64,000 nt of DNA, from contig NIVC01002305.1 in NCBI GenBank assembly GCA_002269645.1, forward strand, positions 1-64,000. The letters run 5' to 3'. The notes below the pieces were generated by a model. That model saw nothing but the letters and a program-made list of their open reading frames with translations, searched no databases and was not told the DNA's origin. The position numbers and the translations under genes were made by a program. The stretch is from Macrostomum lignano. Taxonomy: Eukaryota. Position 1 is the first letter of the stretch; every line of letters starts with the position of its first letter. Shown here one piece after another: positions 21,671 through 34,387 of the stretch.

Positions 21671-21830
21671 GCAACTTTGGGAATCACCTGGCCGTTTCTA
21701 TTGGCAACACACACATGTAAGTTGCTATTGGCTGAGAGCGGACATGTGACTACTATTCCGTCCAATAGCAACTTACATGTGTGTGTGTGTGTGTTACCAA
21801 TAGAAATGGCCGGGTGAATCCCAAGGTTGC
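21671..21830. repeat. Inverted repeat (hairpin) with ~60-bp arms and 30-nt loop
   Basis: 21671-21731 pairs with 21762-21830, with few mismatches and a (GT) bulge. Confidence 0.8.
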
Positions 21831-22064
21831 GCCCAAGCATAATACTATACATAAATTGGCAAGTTAAGTTGAGTGAGACCAGATGAATATATGTGTACTA
21901 ATGTCAACTGACAGCTGTGTAGTAGTGGTAGTAGTATATTTTGTAGCTAACTATGGGCATATGGCTATGATTAGGCCTAGTAGAGCCATGATCATTTGAA
22001 AACTGAAACTAAGTAAAACTTATTTAATTATGATTAGAATACATGTATATGTTCTATGTGCTCC

Positions 22065-22250
22065 AGGCTCTTCATATTGCTTGTTCTGGTTCTAGAACCA
22101 GAACCAATTAGTAAAGTATAACTTTTTGTCTCCTAAACTAGAGGGATATTAGTGCTTTAAAATTTTGATTATTGTGATTGAATGGCAATAGCCAAGAAGA
22201 AAGTGAAAATTTGTGCAAAGTGAGACTGTTAAGGCAATCAAACATTCAAC
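22065..22250. repeat. ~185-bp dispersed repeat with a perfect 22-bp palindrome; inverted copy at 58168-58348
   Basis: GTTCTGGTTCTAGAACCAGAAC at 22083 and 58309 with near-identical flanks; partial third copy near 25681. Confidence 0.8.
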
Positions 22251-24423
22251 CATGAAGAGGCCATGAAGCCATGTCAGTACAAAGCATGACTGTCAGCCAT
22301 GAAGAGGCTCTTTGACTGTTTCTAGCAGTCATTGAGACTATTTTGTTATATAACATTGAGACCTGGACCCTGACAGATACCTTAGAGAGGCAGTTGGATG
22401 CTGGATCAGCATGTTGATGTATGTTTGATGTTGGATCAAAGTGGGACCTTTGAGGCTTTAACCTAAAGTTGCAGAAACATTTAATTGTAGCAATCATTGT
22501 TTAAGTTTAATCATCACTTTTTCAAAATGCTTACAAATGCAACAGGCTTTACATGCACTATACATGGTAAAGTTATCAAATTGCACAAACATAATGTCAG
22601 TTAGTATTAATAATTGGAATTAGTTAGATAAGATATAAAAGAATTGAGTTCCATTTTAAGTTTAATTCAATTCAGATACTGGATAGATATAGTATAAGCC
22701 CAAGATTGGATTGAATCTTGTCAGCACATTAATGTACAGCACTAATACAATTGCTAATTAGATGATGAGGCATTTTTGTCATAGAAAGGGATTATAGTTA
22801 CTCTTGCCATTTACCTTTTACTTTGATTTACATTTGGAAACACATTTGGATATTTTGATTTGGATTTGTAATTTGTTTGTACATTCAGTTTCAGTTTCAG
22901 AAACTTACAAAAATCTACATTTGGTCTATCACTAGTAGCAACTTTGACTCACTAGCCATGTTATTCATCTTGAGCCACTATACAAAGTGTTGCTATTCAA
23001 GTTGCAGGGACTACATAGTTAAGGCCAAAGGCAAATAGTGAGATATCCTAATAGGCTTTGACCAATGCTAGTGCCCTAGACCAAGCTGGGGATATAACTT
23101 TTTAAAGGCTATTTTATTTTTGTTAAAAGCATTTTGTTGTTTTTATATGTATCCAATATTTATAAAATGCATTATATTCTTGCTTTCTCTCAGTTTAAAA
23201 TAATAAAATCTTATTATAACTGTGACACCTTTTTTGTACTAAAAACTCATGTAACTCAACTTGACTTTACTTTTTTCCTAATTTGACAAAGTCAAGTCTC
23301 GCCAGCCAATGAAAACCACTTGTGCTTCGCGCTACCCCCCCTCTGCGCTCCTTTATTAAACCCCCGCCTGGCGGCGGGCACTCCTCACTTAGCTGTTCTT
23401 GTCTGTCCCTCCTGGTCTGTCCTTGGCCTTGTGTGTGTTTTTGCGTTCTTGTCTGGCTGCCTCGAGCCTCCTTATTTCTCGCCACGGCCCCTCTGTCTGG
23501 GCCAGCCTACTCACACGCTTACTTGACTGTCTCATGCCACGGCTGACGCCAACCTCGCCACTGCTCACCTGCCTGCCTACTGCGTCTCACCGCCTTCACT
23601 GTGCTCATTGCCACTGCTCCTCACATTACGTCGCCATTGCATCATTCGCCTGTCACTTGACTTCATATCCAAATCATATTCAACCCATTGTTGTAGCCGC
23701 CAGTGCCCAGAAAGCTATAGTTTGTGTATTGCCAGTAACAACCGAACCTAATATTGATATTAACAATAAAGACAACTATGGCAGTTCCTGCCTTTATCGC
23801 CAAGTGCTCCGCTACAAAATCTGCTTTACAAGAGTTGACTTCAACTTATTTTGAGACTACGACTTACTGCAACGCTTGTTAAAACGGCCCTTTTAAGGGT
23901 CACAGCCATAGCCGCTACGCCAATAACGTGACACTACTGTTTACTGTGAAACCATACTGATATGTATAGAACAAAATATAATAAAGGTAAAAGTAAAATT
24001 ATACAAAACTGCTAAATTCGGCAATGACATGTGGACAAGGCCCCTATATGCCTAATTTTTTGTCCAAGTTCTAGAATTTCTAAGAAACAATACTATCTTC
24101 TTCTTCTAGGCCTAGCTTAAAAGTGAACTATATACTACTATTCCCTGTATTTTACAAGTTTTTATTATATATCCATGTCCATACTATGCTGGAAAAATAA
24201 CTTCACTTTTATTCATCTGGTACCAAATGAATAATAATTACATTATTATTCATCCTCATCCAATACCAATACCAGATGAATAGTCACTGCGTTGCAACAA
24301 TACTTAAGAATTAGTCTTATGACTCTTATTATTATTCCAAATAGGCTAAGCTTAGCCACAGGTTTTTTGTGGTTGTATAAAGATATTTAGCCCTACCTAT
24401 GCCTGGGTTTTTTCTAAGGTTGG

Positions 24424-24885
24424 AAATCCAGTTGCCAGCTGGCCCTTGGGGCTCAAAATCCAGTTGCCAGCTGCCCTTTGGGGCTCAAAATCTAGTTGCC
24501 AGCTGGCCTTTGGGGCTCAAAATCCAGTTGCCAGCTGCCCCTTAGGGCTCAAAATCCAGTTGCCAGCTGGCCCTTGGGGCTCAAAATCCAGTTGCCAGCT
24601 GCCCCTTGGGGCTCAAAATCCAGTTGCCAGCTAGCCCTTAGGGCTCAAAATCCAGTTGCCAGCTGGCCCTTGGGGCTCAAAATCCAGTTGCCAGCTGGCC
24701 CTTGGGGCTCAAAATCTAGTTGCCAGCTGGCCCTTGGGGCTCAAAATCCAGTTGCCAGCTGGCCCTTGGGGCTCAAAATCCAGTTGCCAGCTGGCCCTTG
24801 GGGCTCAAAATCCAGTTGCCAGCTGGCCCTTGGGGCTCAAAATCCAATTGCCAGCTGGCCCTTGGGGCTCAAAATCCAGTTGCCA
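24424..24885. repeat. 32-bp minisatellite, 14 units plus a partial, inside a dispersed element
   Basis: AAATCCAGTTGCCAGCTGGCCCTTGGGGCTCA; single-unit homolog at 62440-62605. Confidence 0.95.
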
Positions 24886-27547
24886 ATGGCTATTTTTGGT
24901 TGCCCATTGGTATCTAGCCAAATTCTCAAGCGAAGGATAGATATTTCCAACACTACATTCAAAAGCACAAATTTGTTTTCTTAACTCTAAGATTGCTATC
25001 TATGGCTATGCTGCAAATAATAACAAGCTATCAATTCTATCATATGATCATATTAGTTACGCTTACAAAATCATTTTTTTAAATTGGCAACTAGCACAGG
25101 GAAAATAAAGTTGCCAGATTGGCCTCTGATGCCGCTCTGGGGCCAAAAAACCTTGTATGGCCCAAAAAAACCCTGACCTATGCACAACCTTGGTAGCGAG
25201 TCCCGTGAGCTATATACAAGGTAGGAAAAATGGAAAAAATGTAAAAAAGTTGTCAACTTTAAAAATGAATAAAATAAAAACTATACACAGTATAAAGAAG
25301 CCACAATATAAACTAAAAAGCTGATAAATGCTACTTTCTGTTTCTGGTGAGTGTCTAATTGTTTAAATTGTGCAAGTGAAAAAAGTTACACTTGGTCAAG
25401 CTTTAATACTATTTTGTACTTAATTTATAAAATGAAGCCGAAAAATGGGAAAAACATATGCTTCTAGAAAACTGAAAATCATTGCAAAATTGAAGGACTA
25501 TAAAACAAGGTAGTGAACAAATGCAAATGGAATATAAACATATTTGACTACAAAAGCATCATTCAAAAGTTCCATCGATCGTTTTTCAAAGGACAAAAAC
25601 TCAAAAACAAAATTTTGCTGGCCTCTTATAGGGGTACATGAAAAAATTTTCTAATATTTCTCTAAAATCTAAAATTTTCTACCAGAACCAGAACAAGCAA
25701 TATGCAGAAAATGCCCTGATCGAGATTCGAGCTGATGTAACAGTAAATTCGAATTGCTGCACAAAGCCGGAGCATGACGAAATATTGTGTCCAAGTTCTA
25801 CCGGTAAATGCTGTATTGACCTTTAAAGCGACATGGCTGATTTCAAACGCAATATTTTATTGTAAAATTATGCATGAGATTTTAAGTTACTATAATGATT
25901 AGTCATGACGCAAATATATAATTTAAAGGGTCCTCATGAAGGCATATAAAAATGTAATTAATCGTAAGTTACATTTTACTTTAAAACAAAATTAAAAAAC
26001 AGTTGTTTAAAAATAGTAGAAGTTTTTTTAAAGTTGAATTAAGCTTTTAACGATTAACTTTCTTTCAAACTTACAAAACAAATTTTAACAGCAACTTTTT
26101 TTGCAATAATTTAAAAGAAACATTTCATAGAAAGCAAGGTTTAATTTCAAAACTATAGTCAATAGACTACAAACTATAGACTATAAACTATATAATATCT
26201 TACACTATACAACTGAATGTGTCGGTATACTAGATGTCAGGAAAAAATACTTTAACCAAAGCCACCTGAGCACAAGACACTTTTACAGTTTAGGCTATGC
26301 TACAAACGAAAACAAAAATAAAAAAAGATTTGCTAGCTATCGAGAAGATCTATAATCTCCCTCCTTAACCGACATGAAAATTATAGAGAACACCATGTGT
26401 ACCACGCTGTTGCTGACCGTCTTACACCAATTGAATCCCTGGTTACCTTGATACTTTACTTGCTATTCCATCTTGCTACTATGCATCTCTTGCTATTAAG
26501 TCCCTACCCCTCTTCGAGTAAACAATACTGGTGCAATCTATCCCGTATTATGCGTTTATTTATGTAAAAATTTTCTTTTTCTAATCGCGCCTTATTTTTA
26601 TTTAAACACTCTATTTTTGGTTATTTCTTTCTTACATATTTGCTTCAAAAATACCCTTCATATTTAATGCCTAATAATTGCCAGCAATCCTTTCATCTGA
26701 TTTTTTGTCTGATTAATACATATAAACTTATTTTTATCACCTACAAATTCAAGTGACACCATACTTGTCTTTTAATTCCTTACTTAAATACTTTTTGCTT
26801 TGTTTGCCGTTAAAGATTTTTGAAGTTTCGTAGAAAAAAAAATTGGCGCCCTTTCAAATACTATATTATTGTAAAACTCGCCGCACAGATCCCATTCTAT
26901 TGAAATAATATTAATATTAAATACACTGACATATACTGGCCAAACAGGCTTCTTGGATGAGCCAAATTACTACTACTACTAGTTTTAATGTCAAGTACAA
27001 TCAGTAGTAAACTTTTAAGCTTAAGGCTGTTAAGCCGTAATGCCTGCACATACCTCACACACTGTCTCTGACTGACTAAAGTCTGATAAAACTGTAAAAA
27101 TATAAATCTGTAAAATTATATAGTGGCTAATTTTTTCGTTTAGAGTAGTTCCATTCCGGCATTCCTTCTATTAGCATTTACCCCTTTTGCTTTTATGGCA
27201 TTTTGATGTCCCATCATTTATTGATGTCCACATGTATGCCAGAGTCAGACAGACATGTACTTTCTTCATTGATTCCTTTAACAGCCACCCTCAAATTGTT
27301 TTTATAATATCAAATTACCAACAATAGTGTGGAGGGATGTTTTTGCACAATGAAAGCCCGAATTTTTCAAAATTAGTATAGATTAGAAATATATAGTAGG
27401 CCTATACAACGATGTATGACAGAGAGAGAAAGAGAGCTGAAACAAAAATGATCTAAAAAGTGTCATGAAGCAAAAAAAGATAATTTTAATAATTTCATGC
27501 AAATGATTTAACAATAATATTATTGTTATAATTTTTCCAAACTTTTA

Positions 27548-27620
27548 GGGGGCTGTAGCCAAGTGGTCTAACGCAAGCTTTGGTATGCCAGCGATCCAGG
27601 CTCAATTCCAAGTGCAGTCA
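27548..27620 (+). pseudogene. Degenerate tRNA-like sequence (SINE head or tRNA pseudogene)
   Basis: GGGGCTGTAGCCAAGTGGTCTAACGC (A box) ... GGCTCAATTCC (decayed B box); stems pair poorly, so not called a functional tRNA. Confidence 0.35.
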
Positions 27621-28714
27621 CATTAATTTAGACTTAGGGCTAAATTGGAATCTTGGCTTGGCTCTGCTCGTGCAATTAATGGCCTTGAGAGCCAACCCCT
27701 CAAGGTGCAGTTAAGTGTACATGCCTTGATGATAAAATAAAGTTAGGGCCCCTGTATACTCCTATATGAGTATGTGCTTGAATCCTTGTGTATGTATCTG
27801 TATGCTTATATGCCTGCTCAGGGGAGTCGGCAGAATGGCAGTAATGCCTCTTGCCAGTTGTATGCCTATGTTGCTTAAAGTGCACCAGGGTGCATATAAC
27901 CCCCCTGCCTCTAATAAAAAAATCCTAAACTTTTAAAATAGCAAAATACTTTTGATAGACTTTGCAAAGTTTAAGTTATTGTATAATTACTAAAAATAGA
28001 AAATTTTCTAGGAGCAATAATGATAATTTCTTTATAGTGTCTCTTAGTAAATTATGTCAGCTTTGTATTGGCAATTGGCATTGCTTTAGATAGTTGATTT
28101 AGCTAAGCATTGTATACTTATTATACAATATTAATATATTGTAATTGTATACTATATTATAATCATTATAATAGATAGAAGTATTAGTATACTATTGCCC
28201 ATCCTCTCAAAAAATATGCATTTGATATGTACTTACTATCAAAATATATTGATTTGGTAAATCTCTTTATTAAAACTTACCTAGCATTGGGGAGGCAATA
28301 TAAACAAAATCTGTTGTGTGGCTAAATGTGCTATAGAAAAAAAGCATTATGGGCAAACCTTGGCAAGAAAAAATTCCATGGGCAATTTGCTTGCAGGCAA
28401 ATCTCCATGGGCAAAATGCACTGCAGGCAAATCTTGGTGGGAAAAGCTCAGTAAGCAAATCTCCTGTGGCTAAATCTTTGCAGACATTTCTTGTACTCCC
28501 AAAGTGCTTTGTATAAACACAATTGTCAATAGCTTGATCAAAATTTAGCTCCCATTAAATAAGCATCAGTAGATAAAAAGTTTTGTAGTTTAGACAAATT
28601 CAATTGAAAAGGGTATATTTTTATATGGCAGTAAAATAAGGCTTGTGTTATTATAACTTATCTACACTTGTAAGATTCAAGTTTTATAATATATCTGGTC
28701 TTCTGATCTTACAA

Positions 28715-29000
28715 GGTGTTGTAGCCTAATGGTTAGAACATCAGGCTCATAACTAAAAGGTTTGAGGTTTGAATCTTGACCTACATGAAGTATTTTGTGT
28801 CCTTGAGCAAAGATACTTAACTCTGCATTGCTTTAGTTCACCTAGTTAAAATGGGTTCCAGCATTAGCTAAAGTAATTGAAGGTGTGACAACCCCCAGTC
28901 CTTGGACTGAATAGCCATATGCAGCAATATGCAGGTGGAGCTGTTGGTTGCATGTCTTATCATTAGAGAAGGTGTAATCAACTATTATTTTTATTATTAA
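28715..29000 (+). mobile_element. tRNA-derived SINE, copy 2 (diverged)
   Basis: TAGCCTAATGG...GTTTGAATC...GTGTCCTTGAGCAAAGATACTTAAC...CCCCAGTCCTTGGACTGAATAGCC...GGTGTAATCAACTATTATT, collinear with the 12961 copy. Confidence 0.7.
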
Positions 29001-29121
29001 TACTGATCCTACATATTTCAATTCATGAGTAAAAATGCTTCAAGATTCGAATGCATAGAAGTAGACAGAATTGAACAGGTGACAGAAGATATCTCTAGTC
29101 ATTAACTGATTATTAATCATA

Positions 29122-32100
29122 ATGCCCAAACGATGGGAAGTATATCCAGGCAAGAGTCAGGTCCTCTTCAGTGGTCGCTGCATCTCGGCCAAGAATCTAT
29201 CAGTGTTCTACCTCACTCTGGCCCTGATTGTCATCAGTTCGTGCCTATTTTTAGCATTCGACTGCAGGCTGCTAGCTGTGACTCTGTCTCCATCAGTGCC
29301 CGTCTTGGCCGCTGTGCAATTCATCTTTGTACTGTGCTGCCTGTTGAGAACTACATTTAGCGATCCCGGAATTATTCCTAGGGGGACGCCAGACGAAGCT
29401 GCCTGGATTGAATCTCAGCTGGGTGAGAGCTGGCTGCCTTGAAACTTTTAAGGGGTCAATTTTCTGTTTAGCTGCTGTGGCATTTAACTGTCGAAGTCAT
29501 GTTTTTATGGGTTAAATAAAACCAATTGGAGACAAGTCGAAGTGAACTTTCGGTAAAAGTATAGAACGATGTAGACACTGTCGATAATTTTCATTAATTT
29601 ATCACTAAAAGTTGTATCTAGATATATTACTAGTATATAAAAATACAGCAATCGATTAACTAGAAATAGGTTTTTTAGATTTTTCCGTCTCTTTACATAG
29701 CTCTTAGAGGATTACGGAAGGTTTAGCATAAACAAAGCTAGATGTTTTATTTGACTAACTAAATCCCTTGCATAAATTGATTTTGTGCAAAGGTGCTTGC
29801 TACTTTAGATCAATATGCTGTCTAATTCACGTGTCACATTACTGAATGCTTACCGATCTGTGAAAGTGCTTTGCACGTATCGATGTTTTTCTGCTTATGC
29901 CACAATGTAAATTGAACATGTAATTCTTTATTTGCATATTACCCTCGTGTGCTCTGGTCTTTTCTAAATACTATGGCATTCTGTTGCTCGATTCTGTCTG
30001 TTTTAAACATTGTTGTGGCGGCTGATCAAAGGGCTAATGAGTGTTGTGGCTGATTAGAGGGCTAATGAGTGTTGCGGCTGATCAGAGGGCTAATGAGTGT
30101 TGCGGCTGATCAGAGGGCTAATGAGTGTGACGGAGCTGATCAAAGGGCTAATGAGTGTGACGGAGCTGATCAAAGGGCTAATGAGTGTAACGGAGCTGAT
30201 CAAAGGGCTAATGAGTGTGACGGAGCTGATCAAAGGGCTAATGAGTGTGACGGAGCTGATCAAAGGGCTAATGAGTGTGACGGAGCTGATCAAAGGGCTA
30301 ATGAGTGTGACGGAGCTGATCAAAGGGCTAATGAGTGTGACGGAGCTGATCAAAGGGCTAATGAGTGTGACGGAGCTGATCAAAGGGCTAATGAGTGTGA
30401 CGGAGCTGATCAAAGGGCTAATGAGTGTGACGGAGCTGATCAAAGGGCTAATGAGTGTGACGGAGCTGATCAAAGGGCTAATGAGTGTGACGGAGCTGAT
30501 CAAAGGGCTAATGAGTGTGACGGAGCTGATCAAAAGTTAAAATGTGGCGAGGCTGATCAATGGGCAGCTTAGAGGTTAGTAATGACACAATCTAGTAATG
30601 AAAACTACCCTTAGCGGTGAATGCCGTGTTCTAATTAATACTAATCTAAGTTCAATACTCGCCCCCCCCTCTCCTACCTGCCAGAGGGCCCCCAGGTCGA
30701 TCGAGACGGCAATTACCGACCGCCTGTACGCCTGAAAGATGTACAGATCAGTGGCAGGGTATTCAAGCTAAAGTACTGCTTCACCTGCAAACTGTGGCGT
30801 CCGCCAAGGGCGAGTCACTGCTCAACCTGCGACAATTGCGTGGATAGATTCGATCACCATTGCCCGTGGGTTGGCAACTGCGTTGGCAGGCGGAATTACC
30901 GTTATTTTTATCTGTTCCTGATCAGCTTGTCTGTTTATTGCCTATACGTTATGGTGTTCGGCATTGTTAATTTGGTGCTGCGTAAGTTTCTTTCTCGCTT
31001 TACAGCTTTGCTGTCAATGCTTGAGAATTTTCTATCATTTAGTAATTACTCAATGCGAGCTCAAATGCAATTTGAATTTAAATTAGGTATTAGTGAATGT
31101 TTGGGATCTGAATTTAAATTAAAGATAAAAATAAATTACTGGTGCCACTGATACCAGAAGAACTAGATGGGCCACTCCGCACATTTGCGTGTAAGCTACT
31201 CGTACTTTCAGTTCAGTAGCAAGTTAAACGAAGCATTTTAATGTATTTTTAAAGCCAAGGTTTAAAGCCATTTATTGGCGCTCTTATACCCCCTCCTCCC
31301 TCTTAAACCTCCAACCGCGCCTTTCCACGCCCCCCCCCACCCCGCCTAATTTTTATTCCCTTCCTCGGAATTCCAGCCTAAAGCTACCATGTACATTTCA
31401 GTGGACTGGCTAATGTACATTGCTCAAAATGTCTATGGTAATTTACGTTAAGGCAATGACATTCAAGCAAAGACCGGTCATTGTTTGAAATTGACAATAA
31501 AGCAATTTACCGGGATATCATTTAAGAAAACGAAACGAGTCTATGAGCGTAAAATAAAAAAAAAATAGTCTGATTGTAAGTGGGGGCTTCGCCTCCACAC
31601 CCCCATTCCACATTCCCACTCGGATCCTGATGGACAAATTGACCAATGAAGTTAGCTGGAAGTGAGGAAACATGGTAATGGCCACATGCTATGCCATGGC
31701 CATTACCATGAAATCTCACTTCCAGACAACCCCCCATTGTTGCTGAACCAATTAGCAAGCTGTTTACGCCTGCAAGCTTGGGCTTTTAAACTTATCAAAG
31801 TCGTTTCAGCTGCCTTTATTTTTATAAAATAGCTTATGTATTCTTCTTTGCTACTGAACTGAAAGTAGAAAGCATATGCCTGAGTGGCCCATCTAGAGTA
31901 CCTATTCAAATATTTTCAATTTCAGTGTCCAACATGCGCAAAGATTTCCTAATGGCCATGAAGGAGTCGCCTACAAGATATCCTTTGTTACTTAGTTTAT
32001 GAGTTTTTTTCCTAATCACACTTTTTGTATTGAAGTGAAGTTATCATGATATTTTCCTTAACCCTGGCGCCGCCAACGTTAACTGTGCTCACTATACTAG

Positions 32101-34387
32101 TTGCATTTTTCTCTATCTGGTCGGTCGTCGGTCTTGGCGGCTTTCACACTATGCTTATCTGCAGGGAGACATCTACTAATGAGGATGTAAGTTATTTTTA
32201 TTATCTTAATTTTATTATTCTCACTTTCTCTGTTCGCTTGAAATATTAAAATAACTCTGAAATATTTACTGTTGGCTGGAATTTGTAGCACCGTACCCCT
32301 TCGTGTAGTTTGATTCCTATTGGCTAGTCGTTATATGGCTTTGGAGTCCCTAAATCGTTTACTATTCACCGGCAGTCTAAATCGATTCCTATTGGCTGGC
32401 AGAAATCTAACATTCGGTCCCTTTCACCGATTCCTATTGGCTTGCATCAATCTAATTTTCGGTCCCCTTTACCGATTCCTATTGGCTGGCAGTAATCTAA
32501 CCTTCTGTCCCCTTCACCGATTCCTATTGGCTTGCAGTAATCTAACCTTCTGTCCCATTCACCGATTCCTATTGGCTTGCAGTAATCTAACCTTCGCGCC
32601 CCTTCATCGATTCCTATTGGCTTTCAGTAATCTAACCTTGTCCCCTTACATCGATTCCTATTGGCTTGCAGTAGTATAACTTTCGCCCCCCCCCTTACAT
32701 CGATTCCTATTGGCTGGCAGTAATCTAGCCTTCGTGTCACTGCATCGATTCCTATTGACTGGCTACTTTATTACTTATTCCATGCTTACAATTCGCAGAT
32801 CAAAGGCTCTTTTAATCAGCGACGCCACCCGGACCTAATAAATCCATTCGATCAAGGCAACGGCCTAGCAAATTGTTGCTACGTACTATTCGGCCCGGTG
32901 ACGCCTTCGCTATTAAATTTCAGAGAAGATGAAATCGGACTCGGTTCCAGCATTAGTTTAGTTACTAACAACGGGCGCAACGGTACTGCTTCTGCAGCAG
33001 CAGCTAGTACTGCGGTAACAGCAACGCCAGCTGTGCGCTATTCAAATTTAACTCGCAACAATAACGACGCAACTTCTAATAGCGTTGGACACGTTAATAA
33101 TAGCGTACAGGTGATCAGCGAATCCTTACCTGCACAGCTGCCAGGTGACGGTAATGATGTAATTGTTAAGAATGGCAATGGCACTCCTGCGGATGGAGTC
33201 ATATCTGGCGGTACTGATACTGTCGGTGGTGAGTCAGTTTGCTTTGGGTTCGAATATTGTGCTCAAAATTTCAAGTTTTATAGCAGTAGTGGGTACCCAC
33301 AAATGCAAATTAAGATTAGAAGTACTCACAGAAAAAACCCATTTAGAATGCATTTACCAACAGAAATAGCCATTTAGGATAGCATTACCCACAGAAATAC
33401 CATTTAGGATAGCATTACCCACAGAAATAGCCATTTAGGATAGCATTACCCACAGAAATAGCCATTTAGGATAGCATTACCCACAGAAATAGCCATTTAG
33501 GATAGCATTACCCACAGAAATAGCCATTTAGGATAGCATTACCCACAGAAATACCCATTTAGGATAGCATTACCCACAGAAATACCCATTTAGGATAGCA
33601 TTACCTACAGAAATACCCATTTAGGATAGCATTACCCACAGAAATACCCATTTAGGATAGCATTACCCATTTAGGGTAGCAGTACCTTCAGAAATACCCA
33701 TTTAGGATAGTAGCAGTACTATTAGGGGTAGCATTATGACCAACTAAGACACCCATTAGGGGTAGGCGGCAGCATTATGACTCACTAAGACACCCCATTA
33801 GGGGTAGGCGGTAGCATTATGACCCACTAAGACACCTATTAGGGGTAGGAGGTAGCATTATGGCCCACTAAGACACCCATTAGGGGTAGGAGGTAGCATT
33901 ATGACCCACTAAGACACCCATTAGGGGTAGGCGGTAGCATTATGACCCACTAAGACACCCATTAGGGGTAGGAGGTAGCATTATGACCCACTAAGACACC
34001 CATTAGGGGTAGGAGGTAGCATTATGACCCACTAAGACACCCATTAGGGGTAGGAGGTAGCATTATGACCCACTAAGACACCCATTAGGGGTAGGCGGTA
34101 GCATTATGACCCACTAAGACACCCATTAGGGGTAGGAGGTAGCATTATGACCCACTAAGACACCCATTAGGGGTAGGCGGTAGCATTTTGACCCACTAAG
34201 ACACCCATTAGTGTTAGCACTGCAGTACATTATTGAATATTTATATATTTCTATTTAAAATTGAATTATTATATATTCAACATATATTATTTTGTACTCG
34301 TTATATTGTCCTCACAAATTGCCCATCAACCTTGCAGCGCAGAATTCAAACACTCAGTCAGCCTCGTCAGTGCACTGCATTGTCTGA
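29122..34387 (+). CDS. ZDHHC9/14/18: DHHC palmitoyltransferase, ZDHHC9/14/18 (approximated-like) group
   Basis: Exons 29122-29422, 30685-30981, 31926-31977, 32084-32186, 32799-33228, 34338-34387. Motifs [67 protein letters not shown]. One intron is AT-AC. Confidence 0.93.
30018..30560. repeat. 30-bp minisatellite, ZDHHC intron 1
   Basis: GCTGATCAAAGGGCTAATGAGTGTGACGGA. Confidence 0.95.
31978..32083 (+). other. U12-type AT-AC intron in the ZDHHC gene
   Basis: Donor ATATCCTTT at 31978, branch-site TTCCTTAAC at 32054-32062, AC acceptors at 32076-77 or 32082-83. Splicing restores [22 protein letters not shown] in frame. Confidence 0.88.
32372..32760. repeat. 45-bp minisatellite, ZDHHC intron 4
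   Basis: CGATTCCTATTGGCT recurs every 45 bp. Confidence 0.88.
33368..34212. repeat. Adjacent 31-bp and 41-bp minisatellites sharing TAGCATTA..CCCA, ZDHHC intron 5
   Basis: GCCATTTAGGATAGCATTACCCACAGAAATA then GACACCCATTAGGGGTAGGAGGTAGCATTATGACCCACTAA. Confidence 0.92.
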
